A stretch of DNA of 39,011 bases, taken from the sequence record DRR378314_685; one strand, 5' to 3'. The notes beneath the pieces were generated by a model. The model did no database searches. It had not been told where the DNA came from and saw only the letters and a program-made list of their open reading frames with translations. The stretch's first letter is position 1; each line of letters opens with the position of its first letter. Below are positions 27,189 through 35,876 of the stretch, piece by piece. A program made the translations under genes and the position numbers.

Positions 27189-28745
27189 ATGGTTTGCAGG
27201 GTCACGACATTTGCGTTTGAAGGCGTTGAGGCGCAACCCGTCGACGTGCAGGTGCAAATGACGGGCGGGCAACCCGCGTTTCATATTGTCGGACTTCCGG
27301 ACAAGGCCGTTGGCGAAAGCCGCGAACGTGTCAGGGCTGCTTTCGCGTCTCTTGGCCTCGCATTGCCACCAAAGCGTGTCATTGTGAACCTTGCGCCTGC
27401 GGACTTGCCCAAGGAAGGCAGCCATTACGATCTGGCAATTGCGTTGGCAATTCTCGCCATGATGGGCGTGGTCCCGCCAGATCAGCTCGAATCCTATGCA
27501 GCGATCGGCGAGTTGTCTCTCGACGGCTCATTGGGGGAGACATTAGGTGTGTTGCCTGCGGCTATGGCAGCAGAGGCAATGGATCTCCAGCTAATCTGCC
27601 CACAGATTTGTGGCGCAGAGGCGGCTTGGGCGGGCGGCAGCGTTGTCGGGGCAACCGGCCTCATCGCATTGATCAATCACTTTACGGGCCGCGCAGTAAT
27701 TTCCCCGCCTCAGCCGGGGGAGCTTGCCACACCGCCTGCGGGGCCAGACCTGCGGGATGTCAAAGGCCAGGAGGGTGCCAAGCGCGCGCTCGAAATTGCC
27801 GCTGCCGGCGGGCATAATCTCCTGTTCTGCGGGCCGCCGGGCTCAGGTAAATCCATGTTGGCGCAGCGCTTGCCGGGGATATTGCCTCCACTGTCTGCTC
27901 GGGAATTGCTGGAAGTCTCTCAGATACAATCCATAGCCGGATTGCTGGAACGAGGGCGACTGTCGCGTCGCCGGCCCTTTCGGGCACCACACCATTCTGC
28001 GTCAATGGCGGCGCTGGTCGGCGGCGGCATAAAGGCCCGGCCGGGTGAAGTGTCATTGGCGCATCATGGCGTCTTGTTCCTGGACGAGTTGCCGGAATTC
28101 ACGGCCACTGTTCTCGACAGTCTCCGTCAACCTTTGGAGGCGGGCGAAGCCGTCGTGTCGCGTGCCAACCGGCATGTGCGCTATCCAGCCCGGTTTCAAC
28201 TGATCGCCGCCATGAATCCCTGTCGTTGCGGGGGAGGACCGGGCGCGGCCGCGTGCAGGCGCGGGCCGCGTTGTGCACAGCAATATCAGGCGCGATTGTC
28301 CGGCCCGTTTCTTGACCGGATTGACCTTTACTACGACACGCCACCCGTGACAGCGGTGGACTTGGCTTTGCCGCCGCCCGCAGAAGGCTCTGCGGAAGTG
28401 AGGGAGCGTGTTGCCCGGGCGCGCGATATTCAGACCGAGCGATTGGCGCATATGGCAAGCGATACGTGCCGACCTGTAAACGCTGACACGCCGCTGCCGG
28501 AATTGGAGAAATCGGCTGCGCCCGATGAGGCGGGTGCGGCCTTGTTGTCAGATGCAGCCGCCAGGCTTCAATTGACGGCACGGGGCTATAGTCGCGTCCT
28601 CAAGGTGGCGCGCACGATTGCTGATCTGGAAGGATCGGAAGGCGTCCGCCGTATCCACATCGCGGAGGCGTTATCCTATCGGCACCGCCCGGCTGGAGGG
28701 CCGGAAGCATCAACAATCCCGGCGCAGGACGGGCTCGTCGGTTAA
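27189..28745 (+). CDS. comM: YifB/ComM Mg-chelatase-like AAA+ ATPase
   Basis: IVGLPDKAVGESRERV, NLAPADLPKEGSHYDL, Walker A GPPGSGKS, RPFRAPHHSAS, LFLDELPEF, ARTIADL. Confidence 0.93.
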   Translation: MVCRVTTFAFEGVEAQPVDVQVQMTGGQPAFHIVGLPDKAVGESRERVRAAFASLGLALPPKRVIVNLAPADLPKEGSHYDLAIALAILAMMGVVPPDQLESYAAIGELSLDGSLGETLGVLPAAMAAEAMDLQLICPQICGAEAAWAGGSVVGATGLIALINHFTGRAVISPPQPGELATPPAGPDLRDVKGQEGAKRALEIAAAGGHNLLFCGPPGSGKSMLAQRLPGILPPLSARELLEVSQIQSIAGLLERGRLSRRRPFRAPHHSASMAALVGGGIKARPGEVSLAHHGVLFLDELPEFTATVLDSLRQPLEAGEAVVSRANRHVRYPARFQLIAAMNPCRCGGGPGAAACRRGPRCAQQYQARLSGPFLDRIDLYYDTPPVTAVDLALPPPAEGSAEVRERVARARDIQTERLAHMASDTCRPVNADTPLPELEKSAAPDEAGAALLSDAAARLQLTARGYSRVLKVARTIADLEGSEGVRRIHIAEALSYRHRPAGGPEASTIPAQDGLVG

Positions 28746-28756
28746 ACGAATGCTAA
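28742..28756. promoter_or_regulatory. Candidate CtrA box upstream of the ShkA-like kinase
   Basis: TTAA-ACGAATG-CTAA, one mismatch from TTAA-N7-TTAA, 24 nt before the ATG. Confidence 0.5.
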
Positions 28757-28780
28757 AGGCTTTGCCTTATGGGGAGGTGC

Positions 28781-30271
28781 ATGACGGACGCATCAAAATC
28801 CCCCGAACAGGTCGGTAAGCCGGAAGACACATTCCTCGCTACGGCCAGCCATGAGATACGCACGCCGCTGAACGGCATTCTCGGAACTGTATCCTTGCTC
28901 CTGGAAACGGAGCTTGCGCCAGCCCAAAGAGAGTATGCTGAAGCTATCCGTATGAGCGGCGCGCGGCTTCTCGATCTTCTCAACAATGTGCTTGATTATG
29001 CCCGTCTGGATGCGTCAGCGGTTGATCTGGAAGTCGAAAATTTCTGCCCCGTCCGCCTTGGCCGCGAGGTGATTGAGCTGCTCAGTCCTCGCGCACACGC
29101 CGCCGGACTTGATCTTGCCGTCAGGGCGAATCCTCTGCCGATGCCGACCTATTCCGGGGATGCTGGTCGTATACGGCAGATCCTGTTCAATCTGGTGGGG
29201 AATGCTCTCAAATTCACCCAGCAAGGGGCGGTTCTGCTGGATGTGATCGCCCTTGAAGAGGGGCTGAAATTCCGGATCATTGATACCGGCCCGGGCATTG
29301 CCGAAGCAGATCGCAAGACCTTGTTCAGCGCGTTCACGCAGTCCACCACGCGCGATGCGTTCAATGATGGCGGCGTCGGCCTGGGGCTCGCCATTGTCAA
29401 ACGATTGACGGATTTGCTTGGAGGCAAGGTCGAGATTTCGGGCGCGCCAGGACTGGGCACGTCTTTTGATGTGTTTCTGCCGCTTGCCAAAGCTGACATG
29501 GCGCCAACCCATGATCTTCCGAAACTGGAAATGACTGTCGGACTGGTTGGGTTGCCTGCTGCCTCGACCCTCGCCGCCGCGGCTGCGCTGCACGGGGCGT
29601 CCGTGCGAACTGTCTTGATCAATCCGTCCAATCCCGATGTTCCAGCCAATGTCGATGTATTGCTCATCGGTGCAGACTTACGCGAAATGCTTGTCCGCAG
29701 TTTTGCGAGTCAGAAGCCATCTCTGGTCGTTTTGCGGCCGGAGGATCGCGGCGCAATTGATCGCTTCCGTAGTCTCGGATGTGCCGGTTGGCTTGTTCGC
29801 CCGCTTCGCGCGTCATCAATTGCAGAGCGCGTCTTTGTCGTGAGGTCGGGAGAACTGGCACCGGACGAGCCGGAACAGAAAACCGGCGCAGGTCATGTTC
29901 TGATTGCAGATGACAATCCGGTAAACGCCTTGATCGCACGTCGTGCCTTGGAATCGGCCGGTTTTAGCGTCACTGTGGCCTCTACCGGAAGCGAAGCCGT
30001 GGAGACTGTCGCCCAGATGACCCCTGACCTCGTCCTGATGGATTTGCGCATGCCTGTCATGGATGGTTTTGAAGCCATGCGGCGTATCCGCGAGCACGGC
30101 GGTCGCATGCCCATCATTGCAGTGTCCGCCGAAATGAACCCGAATATTGAACGCGAAGCCAAGGCGGTCGGCGCAGACGGGGTTGCTGCCAAGCCATTGG
30201 ATGCTGAAGCCTTGCGGACACTTGCCATCAACTGGACGATCGGCGCCGCCCGGCGCGAAGGCGCCGCATGA
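28781..30271 (+). CDS. shkA: Soluble hybrid histidine kinase (HisKA-HATPase-pseudoREC-REC), ShkA-like
   Basis: No TM or sensor domain. FLATASHEIRTPLNG, NLVGNALKFT, DTGPGI and GVGLGLAI; degenerate first REC; intact REC2 (ADDN, LMDLRMPVMDG, AKP). GGAGG RBS. ShkA orthology is inferred from architecture and from the comM/ampG neighbourhood. Confidence 0.8.
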   Translation: MTDASKSPEQVGKPEDTFLATASHEIRTPLNGILGTVSLLLETELAPAQREYAEAIRMSGARLLDLLNNVLDYARLDASAVDLEVENFCPVRLGREVIELLSPRAHAAGLDLAVRANPLPMPTYSGDAGRIRQILFNLVGNALKFTQQGAVLLDVIALEEGLKFRIIDTGPGIAEADRKTLFSAFTQSTTRDAFNDGGVGLGLAIVKRLTDLLGGKVEISGAPGLGTSFDVFLPLAKADMAPTHDLPKLEMTVGLVGLPAASTLAAAAALHGASVRTVLINPSNPDVPANVDVLLIGADLREMLVRSFASQKPSLVVLRPEDRGAIDRFRSLGCAGWLVRPLRASSIAERVFVVRSGELAPDEPEQKTGAGHVLIADDNPVNALIARRALESAGFSVTVASTGSEAVETVAQMTPDLVLMDLRMPVMDGFEAMRRIREHGGRMPIIAVSAEMNPNIEREAKAVGADGVAAKPLDAEALRTLAINWTIGAARREGAA

Positions 30272-31992
30272 GCGATACATCGGCGCCAACGCCGCCCGCG
30301 GTGAAAGAGCCCTCACGCGCTGTTCGCGCCTTCAAGGCGTTGAAGGATCGCCGTATGGCGGCGATGCTGATCCTCTCATTCGCGGCAAGTATTCCCTATG
30401 GCGCGGTTGTCGGGGTTCTCTCCGCCTGGCTGACGCAGGAAGGAATCGACACGGACACAATCGGTGTTCTGGCGCTGGTCTCGCTTGGCTATTCGTTCAA
30501 GTATTTGTGGGCCCCCATGTTTGGCCGTGCCCGGAATGTACCTTTCTTGCGTATTGGGGGGCGGCGATCCTGGCTGGTCCTGTGCCAGTCGGTGATAGCG
30601 CTGCTCCTGATCGTTCTGGCCTTCAGCAATCCGCCCGAGAACATAGGCCTCGTCGCGCTGATCTGTTTCGTGATCACCATAATTGGGCCGACGCACGATT
30701 TGATCCTCGATGCGTGGCGGATCGAGGTGGCGCGATCCGAAGAAGACAAGGATCTGATGTCGGCGCTGTATCAGTTCGGTTATAAATCAGGCGGATTCAT
30801 ATCCGGTTTCCTCGCCCTATTGGTCGCTGCGCGCGTTGGATGGACCGTTTCCTACGTCATGATGGCGGTCTTCATTGCCTTCACTGTCTTGGGCAGTCTG
30901 CTTGCGCCGGAGCCGGAATCTTCTTCAAAGCCAGATACGAGCCGGATGAGCTTCCTGCCGTCGCTGCGAAGGAAAGTGACTCTGCCTGCCGTTATCATCG
31001 TATCGCTCAGTTGGGTGGTCGGCTTCACCTTGATCGGTATCTTTGTTGTGAGAAGGCTGGCGCTTGGCGCTGACATTTCATCACGTGTTTTCGTCTCAGA
31101 GCAGGGGCCTATCATTGTCTTGCTGACGGTTGTGCTACCGGCCGTCGTGGCGGCGCTGCTTGTGTTCACGCAGAAGGCCGTTGCAACCGAAGCGCCGCTA
31201 TTTGTTGCGGGGCAGACACGTGGTGACAAGCTGCTCTCCACCCTGTTTCGGGCGATCTTTGATCCGTTGATGGAACTGATTTCCCGGCTCGGCTGGTGGA
31301 CAATTCTCGTGCTGGCTCTTGCGCTGACCTACCGGTTCACGGATGCCGTCTGGGGATCGTTCGCCTATCCCTTCTATCTGCGCACTGATCTCGATGCCCT
31401 CGGCCACACGCTGGACGATGTTGCGATTGCCTCGAAATTTTTCGGGGTCGTCGCCACAATTCTCGGATCGCTTATTGGTGCGACATTGATCGCTGTGCTG
31501 GGGCGAATGCCTGTCTTTTTCGTTGGCGGCATCGTCGCGGCGGTTACCAATCTGCTTTACGCAGACCTTGCCGCTGGCGCGGCGGCGGTTGATGGCTTCC
31601 TCGCGTTCACGCATCTCGATGCGCCGCTGATTGCTTTTGCCGAATGGGCCGCGAAATTGCAGCCGGAGGAGGTGATGATCGCGTCAGACCAGGGCCAGCG
31701 CATGGCGCGCCTGATGGTGACGATCTTTGCTGAAAACATCGCGGGCGGGTTCGCGCTTGTGGCGATGACGGCATACCTGACGTCCGTGGTGAACCCGCGT
31801 TTCGCTGCGGTTCAATATGCCCTGCTGGCGTCCCTGACGATGCTGATCGGCACGCTCGGGCGGCCATGGCTTGGCGAAATGATCGAGCAGAACGGCTTTT
31901 ATGACGTGTTCATCATCACCTTCTGGCTGGGGGGTGTTGCGGTTGCGCTGAGTGCCCTAGAATGGGCGCGTCAGGCCTATCTGAAACGGTAG
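30268..31992 (+). CDS. ampG: AmpG-family muropeptide MFS transporter
   Basis: YSFKYLWAP, GGRRSW, THDLILDAWRIE, YRFTD and AVQYALLASL; many TM helices. ATGA overlap with the kinase. Confidence 0.85.
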   Translation: MSDTSAPTPPAVKEPSRAVRAFKALKDRRMAAMLILSFAASIPYGAVVGVLSAWLTQEGIDTDTIGVLALVSLGYSFKYLWAPMFGRARNVPFLRIGGRRSWLVLCQSVIALLLIVLAFSNPPENIGLVALICFVITIIGPTHDLILDAWRIEVARSEEDKDLMSALYQFGYKSGGFISGFLALLVAARVGWTVSYVMMAVFIAFTVLGSLLAPEPESSSKPDTSRMSFLPSLRRKVTLPAVIIVSLSWVVGFTLIGIFVVRRLALGADISSRVFVSEQGPIIVLLTVVLPAVVAALLVFTQKAVATEAPLFVAGQTRGDKLLSTLFRAIFDPLMELISRLGWWTILVLALALTYRFTDAVWGSFAYPFYLRTDLDALGHTLDDVAIASKFFGVVATILGSLIGATLIAVLGRMPVFFVGGIVAAVTNLLYADLAAGAAAVDGFLAFTHLDAPLIAFAEWAAKLQPEEVMIASDQGQRMARLMVTIFAENIAGGFALVAMTAYLTSVVNPRFAAVQYALLASLTMLIGTLGRPWLGEMIEQNGFYDVFIITFWLGGVAVALSALEWARQAYLKR

Positions 31993-32039
31993 GACATTGC
32001 CCCCGCTTTTTTATGCGGGTCCGAACCGGGAGATTTGTG

Positions 32040-32510
32040 ATGCGGTCAGCTGTTTTCGCGGTCATTTTGCCGATCCTTGCTACAGGGTGCGCTACGTATT
32101 CTGAGCCATCGTCTCATCTGAGCGGCGCAGCTGAAGCGCAGGAGGCCGCCGCAATAACTGCCGTGCTGCAGGCGCAGGACGAGGCCTGGAATCGCGGGGA
32201 TATCCCGGCATTCATGGCGGGCTATTGGAAGTCGCCGAATTTGCGCTTCGCTTCAGGTGGCAACGTCGCGCGGGGGTGGGATGCGACGCTGGAGCGATAC
32301 GAAAAGCGTTATGACACGCCCGAAAAGATGGGCCAATTGATCACCTCGGACTATGAGATCGAGCTGCTTTCCCCTGATGCGGCCATCGCGCATGGCCGCT
32401 GGATGCTGGAGGTAGATGGCGACAACCCGTCCGGTCTCTACACGCTGGTCATGCGCAAGATCGCTGATGAATGGGTCATCGTGTCGGACACGACAACGTC
32501 AGCCGACTAG
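32040..32510 (+). CDS. NTF2/DUF4440-like lipoprotein
   Basis: Lipobox LATGC; AWNRGDIPAFMAGYWKS, GWDATLERY and WVIVSD. Confidence 0.8.
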   Translation: MRSAVFAVILPILATGCATYSEPSSHLSGAAEAQEAAAITAVLQAQDEAWNRGDIPAFMAGYWKSPNLRFASGGNVARGWDATLERYEKRYDTPEKMGQLITSDYEIELLSPDAAIAHGRWMLEVDGDNPSGLYTLVMRKIADEWVIVSDTTTSAD

Positions 32511-32599
32511 GGGCGATCCACATCCGATGACTTGGCATGCCGGGCAGTTGCGGGCAGAACGCCTTGTGGCCTATCGACCGGAGGGGAACGGCACAGACC

Positions 32600-33481
32600 A
32601 TGAAACGCGCAACGCTCGATTTCGACACGCATAATTCTGCTCTGGAAGCCATGGTTGAGAAGCCGTGGTTCCGACATTCGATCATCGCATTGATTATCAT
32701 CAATGCTGTGATCCTGGGTATTCTTACCTATCGCGCGAGCCTGCCGTCCGGTCTGGTACGGTCGCTGGATGTCATCGACCAGTCCATCACATACATATTT
32801 GCGGTCGAAATCCTGTTGAAGCTGATCGTCTATCGGATGCAGTTCTTCAAGCGTGGTTGGAATTGGTTCGATTTTATCGTGATTGGCGTATCGCTGGTGC
32901 CTGGCAGTGCTGCATTTGGTGTGCTGCGGGCACTCCGTGTGCTGCGCGTGCTGCGTCTCCTGCACATTGTCCCAATGATGCGGCGGATCACGGAAGCGCT
33001 GATGAAGGCGCTTCCGGGTATGGGCGCGATTTTCGCCGTGCTTGCACTGATCACGTATGTCGCCGCAGTCATGGCTACCAACATGTTCGGCAATACGGAC
33101 AATGAGGAAGTCACGGAGCTGTTCGGAGATTTGCCGCGCTCTGCCTATTCGCTGTTCCAGGTCATGACGATGGATGGTTGGCGTTTCGAAGTGGTTCAGA
33201 AAGTTATTGACGATGGCAATCCATACGCCTGGCTTTTCTTCCTGATCTTCATCTTCATTGCCAGCTTCGCCATCCTGAACCTCTTCATCGCGCTCATCGT
33301 GGATTCGCTGGCAGCAGAGCAGCAGGCCATCATTGAGGAGGGACTCGACGAGATCGAGGAGGAGCTGGAAGGCGAGTTGATGACGGCGGAGAAGGGGCGT
33401 GTTGCCGTGTTGAGCGCGATCCAGGATATGCGGTCAGAGATTGCCGCGTTGCGGGCAGTGGTCGAGTCTCAAAGGAAGTAG
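32600..33481 (+). CDS. Bacterial voltage-gated cation channel (BacNav/ion transporter family)
   Basis: 6TM architecture: WNWFDFIV (S3), S4 RALRVLRVLR, pore SLFQVMTMDGW, S6 LNLFIALIVD and a C-terminal coiled-coil-like tail. Confidence 0.9.
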   Translation: MKRATLDFDTHNSALEAMVEKPWFRHSIIALIIINAVILGILTYRASLPSGLVRSLDVIDQSITYIFAVEILLKLIVYRMQFFKRGWNWFDFIVIGVSLVPGSAAFGVLRALRVLRVLRLLHIVPMMRRITEALMKALPGMGAIFAVLALITYVAAVMATNMFGNTDNEEVTELFGDLPRSAYSLFQVMTMDGWRFEVVQKVIDDGNPYAWLFFLIFIFIASFAILNLFIALIVDSLAAEQQAIIEEGLDEIEEELEGELMTAEKGRVAVLSAIQDMRSEIAALRAVVESQRK

Positions 33482-33490
33482 CCGACCGTA

Positions 33491-33524
33491 ATAAAAGGCC
33501 CGCCAGAAGAGTTTCAGGCGGGCC
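33491..33524 (-). terminator. Rho-independent terminator between convergent genes
   Basis: Stem GGCCCGCC(33497-33504)...GGCGGGCC(33517-33524), followed by TTTTAT on the minus strand. It may act bidirectionally. Confidence 0.75.
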
Positions 33525-33549
33525 AAATTTCTAGCGCTTGAGTACAGGC

Positions 33550-34095
33550 TTAGTTGCTCGGCAGCAATACTTTGTCGATGACGTGGATCACACCATTCGA
33601 GGCCATGACATCTGCTTTCACGACGGTCGCGTCGTTCACCATCACACCATTTGTGCCGTCAATTGCGACTTCACCATTCAGCGTGTCGACGGTGAGTGTC
33701 TGTCCGGCGAGTTGATCTGACGTTACTTTGCTGCCGGCGATAACGTGCAGCTTCAGGATCCCGGCGAGTTGGTCCTTGTTTTCCGGCAGCAGCAGAGTTT
33801 CGACCGTGCCGTCAGGCAGTGCAGCGAAGGCCTCGTCGGTTGGTGCAAAAACGGTTAGCGGGCCATCACCTTTCAGGGCGTCAACCAGGCCGGCAGCGGT
33901 GGCGGCCGCCAGAAGCGTCTCGAACTGTCCGGCTTCTGCTGCGGTGTCGACAATGTCCATCTTGGTCCATTCGCCTTTGACCAGTTCGGCTTCAACCTGA
34001 TGGGCAGTCTTTTGCTTCGTGTATTGGCAGGTTTCGGCAAATGCAGGAGCTGCGGTCAGGGCAAGGGCGGCGGAAAGCGCGATGAGGTGTTTCAT
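33550..34095 (-). CDS. Secreted fasciclin (FAS1) domain protein
   Basis: Signal peptide MKHLIALSAALALTAAPAFA; DIVDTA, TVFAPTDEAF and ASNGVIHVIDKVLLP. Confidence 0.93.
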   Translation of the reverse strand: MKHLIALSAALALTAAPAFAETCQYTKQKTAHQVEAELVKGEWTKMDIVDTAAEAGQFETLLAAATAAGLVDALKGDGPLTVFAPTDEAFAALPDGTVETLLLPENKDQLAGILKLHVIAGSKVTSDQLAGQTLTVDTLNGEVAIDGTNGVMVNDATVVKADVMASNGVIHVIDKVLLPSN

Positions 34096-34150
34096 AACTG
34101 GGGGTCCAACATAATTGGCGGGTGGAACCATATCCACCTGCGCCCCTCTG

Positions 34151-34175
34151 TACGAGCCACCTGCGTGCGGGATCA
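34151..34175 (-). promoter_or_regulatory. Candidate RpoE/ChrR-type ECF promoter for the fasciclin gene
   Basis: The minus strand reads TGATCC-N15-CGTA, 55 nt upstream of the ATG. Confidence 0.5.
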
Positions 34176-34280
34176 GAATCTAAAAAATTATTCACGATTG
34201 AAATTGTGAGCAGTACTTCACGTAGCTGTCAGCATGCCGCTCTCCCAAATCTGGAAAAATGGGGTATAGATTTGCGGGAA

Positions 34281-34991
34281 ATGTCTTTGTGGACCAGACT
34301 GCTTGAAGGCGGACGTCGCCTGTTCGACCCGGATCACTCCGACGGCGATTCCGCCGATGGGGGCGATTTCGCCTGCGCGCCAGATCCGAACGATGTCGGC
34401 TTCACAGCGGCGGTTGTTGGCCTTGGCGCCAAGCTGGCCGTCGCGGATGGCAATGTGTCTGACGAAGAGATCATGACGTTTTCGCGGGTGTTCCGTGCTG
34501 CGCCGGAAGATGCCGACAGCGTGCGTCGCGTATTCAACATCGCCCGCCAGACGGTTCGCGGCTATGAAGGGTATGCCCGCAAGATTGGCCGTCGTTATCA
34601 CGACCGTCCTTGCCTGTTGGAAGGCGTGCTGGACGGTCTGTTTCAGATTGCCGGGGCAGACGGCGTTGTTACGGCCGATGAACTCGATTATTTGCGCACG
34701 GTTTCCGAGGCGTTTGGTTTCACTGAGCAAACATTCCGCCGCATCAAGGCCAGTCATCTGGGACCAGACGGGGACGATCCCTATCACATTCTCGGCGTTG
34801 CGCATGATGCCGACTTTTCCGCCATTCGCGCGGCATATCGCCAGTTGATGGCGGACAATCACCCTGACCGCGTTGTGCAGATGGGCGCGCCACGGGAATT
34901 CGAAGATGCAGCCCACGCCAAGGCTGCGTCGATCACGGCGGCCTATGCCCAGATCCGCACGGAACGCGGCCTGCTCATCCGGCCCGATTGA
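34281..34991 (+). CDS. djlA: DjlA-like co-chaperone (TerB domain plus C-terminal J domain)
   Basis: AKLAVADGNVSDEE, IAGADG, DPYHILGV and the J-domain motif NHPD. Confidence 0.85.
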   Translation: MSLWTRLLEGGRRLFDPDHSDGDSADGGDFACAPDPNDVGFTAAVVGLGAKLAVADGNVSDEEIMTFSRVFRAAPEDADSVRRVFNIARQTVRGYEGYARKIGRRYHDRPCLLEGVLDGLFQIAGADGVVTADELDYLRTVSEAFGFTEQTFRRIKASHLGPDGDDPYHILGVAHDADFSAIRAAYRQLMADNHPDRVVQMGAPREFEDAAHAKAASITAAYAQIRTERGLLIRPD

Positions 34992-35079
34992 GGCAATTGC
35001 GTGATTTCACATGGTATCGGCACTGCATTCCATTGACGGAACGCAACGCTGACGCCATGTTTGTTGTTCAGACGAGAGA

Positions 35080-35364
35080 ATGATGACCCACACCGCTTCC
35101 AGTTCCGCCCGTTTTCAGCTTGCAGGTGCCGTATCAGGTGCAATCAGCCTGGCGGCGCAATTGTGCATTGGGTTATTGCTCGTCTTGTTCGCCGGAATGC
35201 TGGCGCTGATGACCGCAATTGCGGGCGTTCTGCTTGCGGCGGCGGCTTTGGTCATGCGGTTTGCTGGTCGTAGAGGTGTACGTCGCACGGCGCCCCAGCG
35301 CCCAGATGAACAGCCCATGACACTTGATGCCCGGCGTACGCCGCGCGGCTGGACCGTCGAGTAG
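35080..35364 (+). CDS. Small hypothetical membrane protein
   Basis: Long hydrophobic segment, basic stretch and C-terminal LDARRTPRGWTVE; fills the gap between djlA and the BlaI-family gene. Confidence 0.6.
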   Translation: MMTHTASSSARFQLAGAVSGAISLAAQLCIGLLLVLFAGMLALMTAIAGVLLAAAALVMRFAGRRGVRRTAPQRPDEQPMTLDARRTPRGWTVE

Positions 35365-35436
35365 GCGCGATATTTTCCGACAATTGAGTTACGAAGCGCT
35401 GCAATACTGTTGCAAGGGATGGCGCATACGTTTCAC

Positions 35437-35465
35437 TTGACGCGGACTCGCTACAAATGTAGCGT
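35437..35465 (+). promoter_or_regulatory. Sigma70 promoter overlapped by a BlaI/MecI/CopY operator
   Basis: TTGACG(35437-35442)-N17-TAGCGT(35460-35465). The palindrome CGCTACA-AA-TGTAGCG (35449-35464) contains TACA-N2-TGTA. Confidence 0.8.
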
Positions 35466-35492
35466 TCTCGTGTCAGTGTTAGCGAGGTGCCC

Positions 35493-35876
35493 ATGTCACA
35501 GCCAAATCCTTCTGAACTCAATGTCCTGAAACACCTCTGGGCGCATGGCCGGCAGAGTGCGCGCGAAGTACATGATGTCGTTGGGCCGGGGCAGGGGTGG
35601 AAGCCGTCAACCACCCGGACCGTGATTGCCCGTATGGAAGAGAAAGGCTGGGTCACACGGCAGGATGTTCACGGAATAACCGTGTTCACTGCCGCTATTG
35701 ACCGCACGGCGACTCTGGGCGGGCTTGTTCGCCATCTTGCGCGACAGGTTCTGGATATGGACGGCCCACTGCCAGCGGCGCTTTTTGCTGAAAGTCCTCA
35801 TCTCTCTGACGCGGAACTGGACGAGCTTGACGCCATCATCAATGCAGCTGAGGGCGAACAGGAGGACAAGGCATGA
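35493..35876 (+). CDS. BlaI/MecI/CopY family transcriptional repressor
   Basis: SELNVLKHLW, WKPSTTRTVIARMEEKGWV and LSDAELDEL. Its cognate operator lies upstream and an M56 gene downstream. Confidence 0.9.
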   Translation: MSQPNPSELNVLKHLWAHGRQSAREVHDVVGPGQGWKPSTTRTVIARMEEKGWVTRQDVHGITVFTAAIDRTATLGGLVRHLARQVLDMDGPLPAALFAESPHLSDAELDELDAIINAAEGEQEDKA

